This document shows, piece after piece, positions 36,258-48,359 of a stretch of DNA of 64,000 nucleotides; positions within the stretch are counted from its first letter, which is position 1; the number at the start of each line of letters is the position of its first letter. The notes beneath the pieces are model-generated. The model saw only the letters and a program-made list of their open reading frames with translations, was not told where the DNA came from and searched no databases. This DNA is from Macrostomum lignano (taxonomy: Eukaryota), in the NCBI GenBank assembly GCA_002269645.1, contig NIVC01000020.1:1178001-1242000 (forward strand). The letters run 5' to 3'. The translations under genes and the position numbers were made by a program.

Positions 36258-36624
36258 CTTCTTCAAATCGAATCGCTGGACGGTCTCGAATGTTTTAGAA
36301 AAATATGGGTCATAGTCGTATAATTTTGATCTTTTTTGTACATGGCGACGTCTAGAGCTCGCCTGTCCCGGCCCAGACGGGAATTCTGGACAAGTCATGC
36401 TATTTTCTCCTTTGTAAAGATACCAAGCCATTCCCCCTTCTGGACCATCGAGATATTCGCCGATTTCTACCAGGTCTGATTTGGTGCATTCAATGCACCA
36501 TGTGCGCCAATCGGCACTGCGCCTTCGTGCAGCCTTGTCAAGCCGATCCAAATTTCATCAGCACGTCGACCACGTGTGTCTGCATCAGCTCTGACTTTGT
36601 TGTTTAAGGTGTTTAACCTGTTGA
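36258..36624 (-). other. Protein-like minus-strand segment(s), possibly downstream exon(s) of the uncharacterised gene or a pseudogene
   Basis: Two overlapping non-repetitive frames (LNTLNNKVRADADTRGRRADEIWIGLTRLHEGAVP... and ...DLVEIGEYLDGPEGGMAWYLYKG...KLYDYDPYFSKTF), the second ending at an AAG|gt donor. No homolog recognised. Confidence 0.35.
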
Positions 36625-37295
36625 ATGTTCAGTAGCTCCGCCTGGGTGAAGGCCAGTGACCAATGAAGTTAGAGCTGATGCAGAAATTTGGTCGTCTTAA
36701 GCTAATAATGTTGAGCCCGAGTAACCTACATGTATGTACACAAATGATGCGTCATTCTGCTCACAGTGACACCGGGTTTGGCAAAAAGCAACAAAATTTG
36801 GACTTGGGAATGGGGAGAACAAGCAAGGGCATAATTAGGGACTCCACTTTATGAGTAAAGTTGACGGGCCCTTCGGAGATTTTTGCCTGTAGAAAAACTC
36901 GGACCTGGCAGAATATTTAGATATCTTGACGTTACCGAAGGCTGGCGACTTAATTCTTATTTTAGAAGATGCACAACAAACAGTTAGCCAGTGTTCCCGA
37001 ATTTCGTGTGCCTGCGTTGCTCCGTTCCGGCGCAGCAAAAAAATTGTCACGGCGGGGGGGAATCCCCCCAAAATTGGCAGTTCTACTGTTAAAGCACACT
37101 GAGCTTTGTTGTGTTAAGCTGTTAGTCTTTTTTAGAAAATTTGAATCAATTTGCAACTTACATTTGCACGATATAGCTGTTGTTGGTTTAAATAATTGGC
37201 TGTTATTTCCTTAGAATATTGGTATAGCTAATAGAGAGGCAGGATATATACCTTCTAAGATATTTAGCTTTCCGCCCTAGTAGTCCTTGACTCAC

Positions 37296-40200
37296 CTTCC
37301 TGTCCACCTGCCAGTGCCTCTGCGTGCTCATCGTCCACCGCAGTCTCTCAGCTTCGTCGCCGCGCGAAACCAGCGTCGCTTCTCGTCGAAGCCGCGGCTG
37401 CTGATGCACGGATGTCGACAACGCAGTCGGCGGGAGTCCGCGGCGCAGGAAAATCTCCGCCCGGCTCTGCACGTAGGGAGCGGCCAGCTGCCGCTGCGCG
37501 CCTGCCGCCATAGCTGGCTCTGTGCGGCTGCGCTGAAGTTGCAGTCCCGGGCTGGAATTTCAGCGCGAAACCCTGAGAGCTGGCACTCACTGCCTCACGA
37601 TCCCTACCCTGAGAGCTGGCACCCACTGCCTCCCTACCCTGAGAGCTGGCACTCACTGCCTCACGATCCCTACCCTGAGAGCTGGCACCCACTGCCTCCC
37701 TACCCTGAGAGCTGGCACTCACTGCCTCACGATCCCTACCCTGAGAGCTGGCACCCACTGCCTCCCTACCCTGAGAGCTGGCACCCACTGCCTCGCGATC
37801 CCTACCCTGAGAGCTGGCACCCACTGCCTCGCGATCCCTACCCTGAGAGCTGGCACCCACTGCCTCGCGATCCCTACCCTGAGAGCTGGCACCCACCGCC
37901 TCCCAACCCTGAGAGCTGGCACCCACTGCCTCCCAACCCTGAGAGCTGGCACCCACTGCCTCCCAACCCTGAGAGCTGGCACCCACTGCCTCCCAACCCT
38001 GAAAGCTGGCACATACTGTCTCCCAACCCTGAAAGCTGGCACCCACTGCCTCGCGATCCCTACCCTGAAAGCTGGCACCCACTGTCTCCCAACCCTGAGA
38101 GCTGGCACCCACTGCCTCCCAGCCCTGAGAGCTGGCACCCACTGCCTCCCTACCCTGAAAGCTGGCACCCACTGTCTCCCAACCCTGAGAGCTGGCACCC
38201 ACTGCCTCCCTACCCTGAAAGCTGGCACCCACTGTCTCCCAACCCTGAGAGCTGGCACCCACTGCCTCTCAACCCTGAGAGCTGGCACCCACTGTCTCCC
38301 AACCCTGAAAGCTGGCACCCACTGCCTCGCGATCCCTACCCTGAAAGCTGGCACCCACTGTCTCCCAACCCTGAGAGCTGGCACCCACTGCCTCCCAGCC
38401 CTGAGAGCTGGCACCCACTGTCTCCCAACCCTGAGAGCTGGCACCCACTGCCTCCCTACCCTGAAAGCTGGCACCCACTGTCTCCCAACCCTGAGAGCTG
38501 GCACCCACTGCCTCTCAACCCTGAGAGCTGGCACCCACCGCCTCCCAACCCTGAAAGCTGGCACCCACTGCCTCGCGATCCCTACCCTGAAAGCTGGCAC
38601 CCACTGTCTCCCAACCCTGAGAGCTGGCACCCACTGCCTCCCAGCCCTGAGAGCTGGCACCCACTGTCTCCCAACCCTGAGAGCTGGCACCCACTGCCTC
38701 CCAACCCTGAAAGCTGGCACCCACTGCCTCGCGATCCCTACCCTGAAAGCTGGCACCCAATGTCTCCCAACCCTGAGAGCTGGCACCCACTGCCTCCCAG
38801 CCCTGAGAGCTGGCACCCACTGTCTCCCAACCCTGAGAGCTGGCACCCACTGCCTCCCAACCCTGAGAGCTGGCACCCACTGCCTCCCAGCCCTGAGAGC
38901 TCACGCTGATATTGGTCATGACTTGATTTCGTTGGCACCCAGACCTGCGGCTCTCACCTGGGAATGTCGCTGCCGCCGCGGCTTGCTGGCAGGGAGGCCG
39001 CCGCGCCAGCCGGTTGCTCCGCAGGTCGAAGCGGCGGGCCAACATAGAGCCTGAGGGACTTGCTGGGCAGCGGGTATTTCCACTGGCTTGCCGCGTCTCT
39101 CCTGGCGGTCGGGTGCATGCGGTGAATTGCCTCAGGATTTTCTCAATCATTTAATGGGAAAAGGGTGCATGCGGTGAATTGCCTCAGGATTTTCTCAATC
39201 ATTTAATGGGAAAAGGGTGCATGCGGTGAATTGCCTCAGGATTTTCTCAATCATTTAATGGGAAAAGGGTGCATGCGGTGAATTGCCTCAGGATTTTCTC
39301 AATCATTTAATGGGAAAAGGGTGCATGCGGTGAATTGCCTCAGGATTTTCTCAATCATTTAATGGGAAAAGGGTGCATGCGGTGAATTGCCTCAGGATTT
39401 TCTCAATCATTTAATGGGAAAAGGGTGCATGCGGTGAATTGCCTCAGGATTTTCTCAATCATTTAATGGGAAAAGGGTGCATGCGGTGAATTGCCTCAGG
39501 ATTTTCTCAATCATTTAATGGGAAAAGGGTGCATGCGGTGAATTGCCTCAGGATTTTCTCAATCATTTAATGGGAAAAGGGTGCATGCGGTGAATTGCCT
39601 CAGGATTTTCTCAATCATTTAATGGGAAAAAGGTATTCGCAGGGGATTTCGGGCGCTGCCACGAATCAATTGGCGACTGACGGCAAACCCGCAGTCAGCC
39701 AGAAGGCAAAAGTCATGTTTACTCAGCTGACCCCGAGCAGACAGACGCACACGGTTGTGTACTCAGGCACCCTCTCAGCTGCCCCCGACTCGATCTCATC
39801 GTTAGGCATGCACATGGAGTACCAGCTGCTTCGTCGAGAATTGCAGAAGCCGCCCCAGTCTAATTTTTTAATCGCCCTGATGTCATTGAAGCGAGCCTGG
39901 CGCGAGAGTCGGTTGCGCTGACCGCTGTGTCCCCCTCCCAGTAGAATTATTAATATAACTTTACATGTACTTGAAAGGCCAGGGGACATTCACTCTGGCA
40001 CTTGGTTTCATTTCATCAGCTCGATTCCGAACAACTCACGGCGAGCGCGGCGGCGAGTAGCCGTGCCTGTCGTAGATGGCGGATGCCGCTGCTGCCAGGT
40101 CCGGACTGCCCGCCAGGTGCGGCGGCGGCTGCTGCTGGCCGCTGCCGATGCTGGGCAGGCGGAAGGTCACCGAGGGCGATGCCGGCTGGTGCGGCCGTTG

Positions 40201-41544
40201 GAGCTCCAGCGGCTCCGCGAATCGCACAGTGGGATGCGGGTGCATGCCCGGCCAGGCTGGGAATTACGGGCGGGCGTGCTGTGCATGTCATAAACTGGAA
40301 TGGGGCATACTGTGCATGTCATAAACTGGAATGGGGCATACTGTGCATGTCATGAACTGGGATGGGGCATACTGTGCATGTCATGAACTGGGATGGGGCA
40401 TACTGTGCATGTCATGAACTGGGATGGGGCATACTGTGCATGTCATGAACTGGGATGGGGCATACTGTGCATGTCATGAACTGGGATGGGGCATACTGTG
40501 CATGTCATGAACTGGGATGGGGCATACTGTGCATGTCATGAACTGGGATGGGGCATACTGTGCATGTCATGAACTGGGATGGGGCATACTGTGCATGTCA
40601 TGAACTGGGATGGGGCATACTGTGCATGTCATGAACTGGGATGGGGCATACTGTGCATGTCATGAACTGGGATGGGGCATACTGTGCATGTCATGAACTG
40701 GGATGGGGCATACTGTGCATGTCATGAACTGGGATGGGGCATACTGTGCATGTCATGAACTGGGATGGGGCATACTGTGCATGTCATGAACTGGGATGGG
40801 GCATACTGTGCATGTCATGAACTGGGATGGGGCATACTGTGCATGTCATGAACTGGGATGGGGCATACTGTGCATGTCATGAACTGAAATGGGGCATACT
40901 GTGCATGAGTTTAATAGAACTGAAGATCGCGTGCTACTCACCCCCTGTAGTTCTGGCGAAGTCCGAAAGCCTTTTAAATTTCAGGGCAGCAGCACCGTTA
41001 CTATATATAAGCTAGCCCTTTTCCGAGGCAAGGAAACTTGGAAATTATTAACAGCTAATCGGCGCTTCATGCCCTGCTTTGCCAGCCCGCGCTGGCTACA
41101 ATAGCGGCCAAAGTTAAGCAGCTGCCTGTCAATTCATTTTGCTGCTGCTCAGAGCGCAGGCTGCACACGGCTGAGGTGAGGGGCGGGGCGCGCGCCGCTG
41201 TCTTGTACGCGCGAACGCACCCGGCTGCATGTCTTGTCTGCCGTCTTTGCTTTAGTTCTCTTTCCCTGGCAGTCCCGGCCTGCGCGCTCTGCTCACAGCT
41301 CAGAACTAATTGAGGCTGCGCATACTGGCCGGCCGGGATGCAGGCCCACTGCTTCTCCCGGGATCCCGCAAGGAGCTGCCTTGGCGCCTTCCTCCCAGCC
41401 GCTTTCCGTGGCTGTCTGGATGCTGTTGCCAGTGGCAACGGGAAGGTAGACTTGGGCCGAGCCGCTCCATCCTCGCTGCTTCCCCGCGGCTGGCCGAAGC
41501 TCAGCCCTGCTTTTTGCTTTTTCTTTTTGTTTCCTTTGCTTCAT
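37296..41544 (-). CDS. Uncharacterised multi-exon protein (3' part unresolved); predicted exons 41544?-41297, 41000-40942, 40256-40040, 39924-39753, 39130-38958, 37551-37296
   Basis: Six consecutive GT-AG-bounded exons join with matching phases (2,1,2,0,2) into an open frame including LKFKRLSDFARTTGAWPG, FNDIRAIKKLDWGGFCNSRR, SQWKYPLPSK, LQRSRTEP and LRWTMSTQRHWQVDRK. No family recognised; the first exon is least certain. Confidence 0.55.
37571..38900. repeat. 30/36-bp tandem array (CCCTGAGAGCTGGCACCCACTGCCTCCCAA, ~43 copies) in an intron of the minus-strand gene
   Basis: Direct repeats with variant blocks, lying between predicted splice sites at 38957 and 37552. Confidence 0.95.
39111..39630. 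repeat. 52-bp tandem array, 10 apparently identical copies (GGGTGCATGCGGTGAATTGCCTCAGGATTTTCTCAATCATTTAATGGGAAAA)
   Basis: Copies start at 39111 + 52n (n = 0-9). Confidence 0.97.
40280..40907. repeat. 31-bp tandem array (TGTGCATGTCATGAACTGGGATGGGGCATAC), 20 copies plus a partial
   Basis: 620 bp = 20 x 31; fills the predicted intron 40257-40941. Confidence 0.97.
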
Positions 41545-41937
41545 CGCCGCACAGGGGAGGGCGCGGCGGTGACGGTTGTCTGGGGCACCGGAGGCAGGGA
41601 AACAATGGTGGGGTTGGGTTGGGTGAGTGGCGGCTCTCAGCTATGAGAAAAATTTTAATGCAATGCCAAGTTTAGCTTTGTATTGATTTTCAGCAGCTAT
41701 AAAAAGCTTAAAGTTTTAACAAAAGTAACCCTGGAAGGCCGGGCTCCATGAAATTGATTGTGAATTTGAGTTCGCAGTCGTTTTATACTCATGCAGTTTT
41801 ATTATTTTAACTTAGCATAGTTCTGTGGAAAGGGAAATATAAAATGTTCTCCAGACAAGCCTATAACTTTTTATAAAAGCGCTACTATAACGCTATAAAG
41901 AGTAGTACATTCGTGTTTCAATTTGTTTTGTTGCTGA

Positions 41938-42923
41938 CTTGACTTGACTTAGCTGCAGGGGGCGTCCGGCGGATGCAGCGAGGAGGCGGAGGAGACCGCC
42001 CATTCCGCTAGCCCCTGGCGACCAATGACTTCCATCGAAGCGATGTCGCTCAGGGGGGCCCGTCGGTCTCGCCTGCAGCGCGGTCCTCCTCACCAACGGT
42101 GGGGAAGAACTCAGCTTGTCCCGTGTCCCTGAGGTACCGGGCGAGCAGCGGGATGCTCTCGGGCCTGCAAACGTCGGAGAACCGGGTTTGGCCCGAGGTG
42201 AGTGAGCCTGGCCCTGGTGAAGACCGGGCAGTGGCAGATAAAATGCTCGGCGTTTTCACTGCCTGAGCGGCAGAAGGGGACCGCTCCTCGGGTACTTGGC
42301 CCTGAAGGAAACGGTGGCGAGAGAAGCAGCCATGCCCGGAGAGGGCCATGCTGACTGCTCTGAGGTCTCTGTGGTTGAGCCTGAGGAGGGCTCTACGCAG
42401 GAGAGGAGAGGGGCAGGGGACGGCAGCACGGGATTGCCTACAATTCCGGGTGTCGTGCCACCTGCGGAGATGCTCGGAGTCAGCCCAGCGCTTAACGCGG
42501 GAATTGATCACCGAGGCGGGGATGGGGGCCCCAGCAGCGCGCCGGCGGAGCCAGCCTTGGTCAGCAGGTCGGCGCGCTCATTGCCGAGGAAGCCGCGGCG
42601 TGGCCCGGGATCCATCTGAGCTCCACCTGGTTGCCTAGCGCAAGCCCGTTGAGCTGGGTGTTGCAGTCCAGGACGGACCTGGAGCTGGTGGTGCAGCGGC
42701 AGAGGGCCCGAAGGGCTGCTTGGCTGTCAGAGTGAAAAATAAATTTCCGACCGCTAACTTCGGCGCAGCTCTGCCGCGCAGGAGCTGATGGCAAGCACCT
42801 CGCTCTGAAAAACACTGGAGTTGAGCCGTGTGCTGGGAGTAGCTCTACACCACTTCTCCCTTGAAGAAGACGCAAGCTCCGAAGCATGAAAGACAATGCC
42901 TCATAGAGCCGTCAGTGTAACAG
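41938..42923 (-). mobile_element. 5'-truncated, RNase-H-bearing non-LTR retrotransposon (LINE) fragment
   Basis: RNase H motifs VFQSEVLAI (frameshifted), FHSDSQAALRAL, LRWIPGH; C-terminal ...LSGHGCFSRH...LLARYLRDTG; (AAGTC)n tail; 13-bp TSD GTTTTGTTGCTGA at 41925-41937 and 42924-42936. Confidence 0.85.
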
Positions 42924-43380
42924 GTTTTGTTGCTGAAAAAATAAATTTACTGCACGATTGGGTTCTGCAAGCATTGACCTCTCCTCAATGTTGCCACCTA
43001 ACCTAAATTATGGCAGCCAATTGTGTGCCCGTATGATAGAAATCTGTGACCATAAAAGCCACTTAATAATCCTTCAAAATACATCAAGTCTAAAATTTCG
43101 ATGCAACCCATCAGTCAGCTTCTAGTTGTTTCAGACCAAACTGACGATCTCTGGTCGACATCGTCCAGCTTCCGCATGACTTCATAAAGGATTCAAAGCA
43201 GATCTGCAGCCAAAACCTGCTGCAATCGAGAACTTCCCTCCCGGCTGCTTCTTTATCCCACGAGAGCCAGACGGGGGCCTGAATGGGGTAGAGTCGCCAA
43301 CTTTGGCCGGAGCCTTACTGTAGGTTGTGGGCTACACTCCGGTGCTGTTACTGGATTTCCAAGGCCGAGTGCTCTTCGCT

Positions 43381-43610
43381 CATGCATGCGCAACACCTGG
43401 CCGGCTGGCGAGAGACCCAGCCGACGTAAGTCACAAAAATGCCCACCGGAAAAAGACGTAGAACTAATTAGGTGACAAGGTATTTAGCCTTAATAATAGT
43501 TATAATTACTTGCCGTATACCCAAAATTACATTGATTATGCTCAGGCTTCTTCCATATGTAAGTCGCAAGTCACACAGCCGGTGTAAATCTGGGTGGTTG
43601 CGCATGTATG
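43381..43610. mobile_element. MITE, TIR CAT(A/G)CATGCGCAAC; older sibling of 57546-57821
   Basis: Terminal inverted repeats plus shared internal motifs GTAAGTC(A/G)CAAAAATGCC and GACGTAG.ACTAATTAG with the second copy. Confidence 0.65.
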
Positions 43611-45841
43611 CTCTTTATGAAAGAATAGAAAAAAAACACCTGAGAAGATTGGTATTGAATTAACAATGGAATGCAAAAAACGTGACAATGGAGCAACCTA
43701 GCTTTGTATATTTTATTTAAATGCAGAATGAACTCATTGTAAAAATGCGTTATCTAAAAAGAATTCAATAAAAAAAGCAATGAGTATGAGAAAAAGCTCG
43801 TCATGAAGTCTGGAAAACACAGGCGACCCGAACAATAAGCAGATTAGCAGGCAGCAAGCCGGTTACCGGCAGACCGAGAATCAATCAGCCTCGCCACTTC
43901 TGAAATAAAATGGGGATAATTTTTTGTGAGTAACTTGCATTGATAACCGCTATAGCAAATACAAGAGTAGATTTTGGCTTTAATAATCAGCAGTTTTGGT
44001 ATTGATTGAATTGTCTTCAGTGAGATTGCAGAAGCAGAACTGGAAACATCATTTTAGATATTTAAAATAAGCTGAGCATTGCTCTGTCAGCCAAATGACT
44101 AAAGGACAGCTCATTTGTATGCAAATTGCAAACTGGAGATGGCCCTAGCGTTTTGGCATGAACAATATTGCACAGATACGACACCAAGGATAGCATAAGA
44201 TAAGCCACCCCAGCTCTAAACTGTGCTGGAAAGCAAAACAAAATGTCAGTTAAAGATAAAACTTATTCAATTAAATTACAAACCTCAATTGCATGATGTA
44301 GTGGCTGCGATTAGCTCTTGACACCTGGAAATACAGAAAAGGAAAGAGATGACACTAGTGATGATGGAAAAACATTAAAAAATGCAATCTAAGAGTAATT
44401 GAGTCAGCAATTTAATTTTTAATTGTCTTCAGAAATGAGTACAGAAGCAGAACTGGAGACATCATGCATATTAAATAAATAAATAAAAGTTATAAATTTT
44501 ATCAACTTATGAATATGAGCTATTTAATGAAATATATTTGTTTGTCAAACCATTAAAGAATAAAGTGGCATAACAAAATGATGCCAATTATATACATATA
44601 AAGATGACAACTGCTTATATAGCACAGTTACGACATCAAATATGTAATTAATAGTTACAGCTTGGTTGAAATGCTGTGCCAAAAAGTCTTTTAACATTGT
44701 ATCTAGAGAACAAGATGATCTAAATAGTAGCAAAAAATGAATTAATTAAGCATCTAAATGGAGCTATTAATGCCAAATAAATTTATTGGTTTATAAAAAA
44801 AACTTTTGGAATGCCTTTTATGAGGGCTTATTATATGACTAGGACTAGTTGGTGACAACTGTTACTAAGCAAATAGCCATTAATCCATTATAGGTAACAA
44901 AGCAAATTTATGAATTTCTATTAATATGAAGCCTCTATCTATATATCTCATCTGTATAGTAGACCTCAGTGTACTACCCACACTCTAGATCATGTAGTAT
45001 ATGCCCAAAAATTTAGGCATACATTGGCCTTGCATGCCAAAATTAGGCATGCACAATTGGTGTGCATAACTCTTAAAAAATAGTATGTGTGCACACCTGG
45101 CATGCACTTTACAGAATCACGAGTAAGAGTTATTGTGAAGTAGAAAAAAGATGAAGAAAGTTCATTTTTAGGCACAAATTTCAAGCTTTCCAGTTTTTTA
45201 AGCTTGTAAAAAAGCATTTAAACAAATCTTTGCATATATAAATTTTCTGCTGTAAAAAGTATTGCCAAAAAGCATAAAAAGCAACCAAATTATCTGGTAA
45301 AAAAAGTCTATTACACAATTTAAAAATGGTATTTTATTGTCACAATGTAAAAAATATCATTTATTATTGCAACACCAACGTATTTTTGAGACTGGGTGTG
45401 CATTACATTTTTTTCAGTGTACAATTGTAATTATTAATTTTTTTTCAGGCGTGCATCCAGCATGATCTAGACTATGTTGTTCCACCATAGCTACAACTAT
45501 GGCTATGGGATCCTATGCATATGGCAAATATGATAAAATAGGTGCCTATGGCAACTATAAATATGCTTGTAATACAATACTAATAGATAGCTACTTTTAT
45601 GACTATGACTATGGAAATATGGTAGTTGCTATTACATTCTATAGATTTCCATGACTATAACTATAGTTATTAATTAAAAAATTATAAATATTAGTAACAG
45701 GTAGAGTAAAACAAAGATACCTTGGTAAACTATATTATAGACTTAGAAACTTATAAATTATACCTAATAAAGTACAATAAAACATTAGCAAACTTCAATT
45801 TTTATTAATGTTAAAAAGTTTAGCAGTAGGCCTAGGACTAA

Positions 45842-46262
45842 TATATCTTTTTGCAATCAATTTCGTCGTTTTTGCGTTCAATTTCGGCGCAAGCACTAGT
45901 GTGCAGTCTAAACAACTGAGCCATAGACACTGGGCAACTTTGCATTCAAATTTAACCTTTTTGCATCCTATTTCGGCAGTGCAATCACATGGGCTGCACT
46001 GTAGGCACAGTTTGAATGTTTTTGCCTTTTTCACTCAATCGCATTCAGTGAGGGTGGGATGAAAAAGTTGTCTCCTAAAGCAGGCCTATAGTCGTCTCTG
46101 CAAGTATGTTTGATGCCATAAGCTGCCGAAATAGGACGCAAAAAAAGCTGAATTTGAACGCAAAAGTTGCCCAGTGTCTATGGCTCAGTTGTTTGGACTG
46201 CACACTAGCATTTGCGCCAAAATTGAACGCAAAAACAACGAAATTGATTGCAAAAAGGTATA
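45842..46262. mobile_element. Foldback MITE with ~140-bp TIRs (TA-flanked)
   Basis: ~45845-45985 is the reverse complement of ~46120-46260; the mirrored ORFs 45808..46062 (+) and 46075..46269 (-) share YLFAINFVVFAFNFGA. Confidence 0.8.
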
Positions 46263-47200
46263 TTATCATAATAGTGATTAAGTTAAGTAGCTAATATTGT
46301 TAGGCCTACTCTGTAAAAAGATGAAATATAATCTAACAAAAACAATCAAGTGTTTATTTTATTTTGTACTTTAATTTGCTGTTGTTTAAGCACTAGTTTA
46401 TCTTCCTGGTTCAAAATATTTTGTTTCCTAGACCAGCTGTGGCTATATGAACTATGGAAGTATAATAAAATTGGAGTCCCTATGGCTATAGAATATAGAG
46501 AATTGGAATAAGCCGTAGTTTTGCTTATGGCTATGGCTAAGGCACATGGACCTCCTTACGGCGAAACACTAGTAGGCCCTGCCCTGATTGATAGAAATTT
46601 ATGTCAATGATTTTTAATTATTAAATTATTGTGGCTTACTTGTGGCTGCATTAATTGGCGGTGGACGAAGTGACCAAGCGGTATGTGGTAGGCGTAGGCC
46701 AATTTATTTGATAGGTTGACGGTTTGACCAAGTGACGAGTGACTGGGTGGTCACAAAGAAATAGGACTGTAGTAATAGGCCTAGCCTACATAAAATAGTG
46801 GCCTAATAAAAGCACTAAAGCATTTTGATTGGAACAAAGTAAGTATTGGATCTTTTTCAAGTTGACTTGCCATTCCAGTTTGCACAAAATAGCCTCGAGG
46901 CCTATAGTTAAGCTCCTTTTGACTTGGGTTTTTCAGCAGAATGCATTTATACGAGCTCGTTAATTCTCTGGTTACAACCAAAACATAGACAAAATAAGCG
47001 GCATGAAAAGTATTAAACAATTTGCGATAACAAGCTTAAACAAAAAATAAACTTTTTTACAATTAAAAAAATGTAACATGCACAAAAAACGTTGATTTAT
47101 AAGAAATTTCTAAAAATAAATGTTTTGCCACTATTAAAAATAACATATATGTTGTGTACGGTAAACTTTTTGATTTCAACTATGTAGGACTCATGGGGCT

Positions 47201-47579
47201 GGGTCTCCCTAAAACACGCACCGCCCCGCCCCGAACCGCTACACATTATAACATTTTTTGTCAACGCAGTATTTGATTGCAAAGAAAAATATTTGTTGTA
47301 CGAGTAATGGAATAAATATCTTTAATTATTATTATAAATACTGTTTTTATTTTTTATATTCTCGTTTTCATTATTAAATTTTATTAATATTTTTTATTAA
47401 TATTATTAATATTATCACTTATTATTCACCGAATTTTATATTTCATAGTAAAAAAACTTAATTTAATAAAAACTTTAAAGCTTAACAGAAAACGCATTTT
47501 CAAGTGTCTTCAGTTATAGTCCAATTTGTTTTAATGTGTAGCGCTGCAGGGCGGTGCGGGGCGTGTTTTAGGGAGACCC
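47201..47579. mobile_element. MITE with TIR GGGTCTCCCTAAAACACGC...CGCTACACATTA and an AT-rich core
   Basis: 47201-47250 is the imperfect reverse complement of 47532-47579. Confidence 0.7.
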
Positions 47580-48359
47580 CGACCCGGTCACTGGGTAGTT
47601 CTCAAATTAAGGTCATGATGTTTTGGTACAGAAAAAAAAGTTTTTGAATAAAGTAATTATTTTGCAAAAACGATTCTTTCGTCAATTTAATTAAGAAACT
47701 GCCGTTAAAACCACAAGAAACCAAATATTTAAGACGAAATCTAGCAATTTGTTATTTTTCGCAACGGAAAATAAAACGACCAAAAATTGTGAAATAATGC
47801 AAGTTTTCTTTTATTTTTTATAAATAAGATACATTTTTATTTTATGTTTACTATTTAATAAGTATTATTTCAATAGAAAATATTATTTTTAAATCAGCAT
47901 TTTGTTTTTATCGTCTAAATTGCTTGTATTTAAAATTATCGCGTAACAAGAAACACCCGAAATAATTGATATTGTACCACTCAAGAACTTAATTATTGTA
48001 CTTAACACTGAAATATGAAGCTTAAAATCTACAAAACTGGTTTAGCTAAAAATTAGGCTTGCAAAATATGTCTTTTAAAGCATTAAAAGTTCTTTGAATT
48101 AGAAATATATAGTAAATGAGCTAGGAAGCCATTTCTTTTAAAACCTAAAATACATGTATCTTTTTTTCGAACAGACTTGCGTTTTTTTGAAAAAGAATTC
48201 AGCAAGCATTTATATTCTGCAACATAGCTTTAATACTATTTTACTATTTTACAATACTATTTTCTTATGTAATTAGGCTGCATAACTACTAAAAGAACAG
48301 AGCCATAAATTTAAATTAAATACTTTGGTCTTGGTAAGTTGGCCTATTACAGACGTCTG

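Noticed and set aside
37287-38909. 540-aa (PESWHPLPPN)n ORF as a protein-coding gene
   Set aside because: It lies antisense within a predicted intron and other frames are equally open. Kept only as a testable side note.
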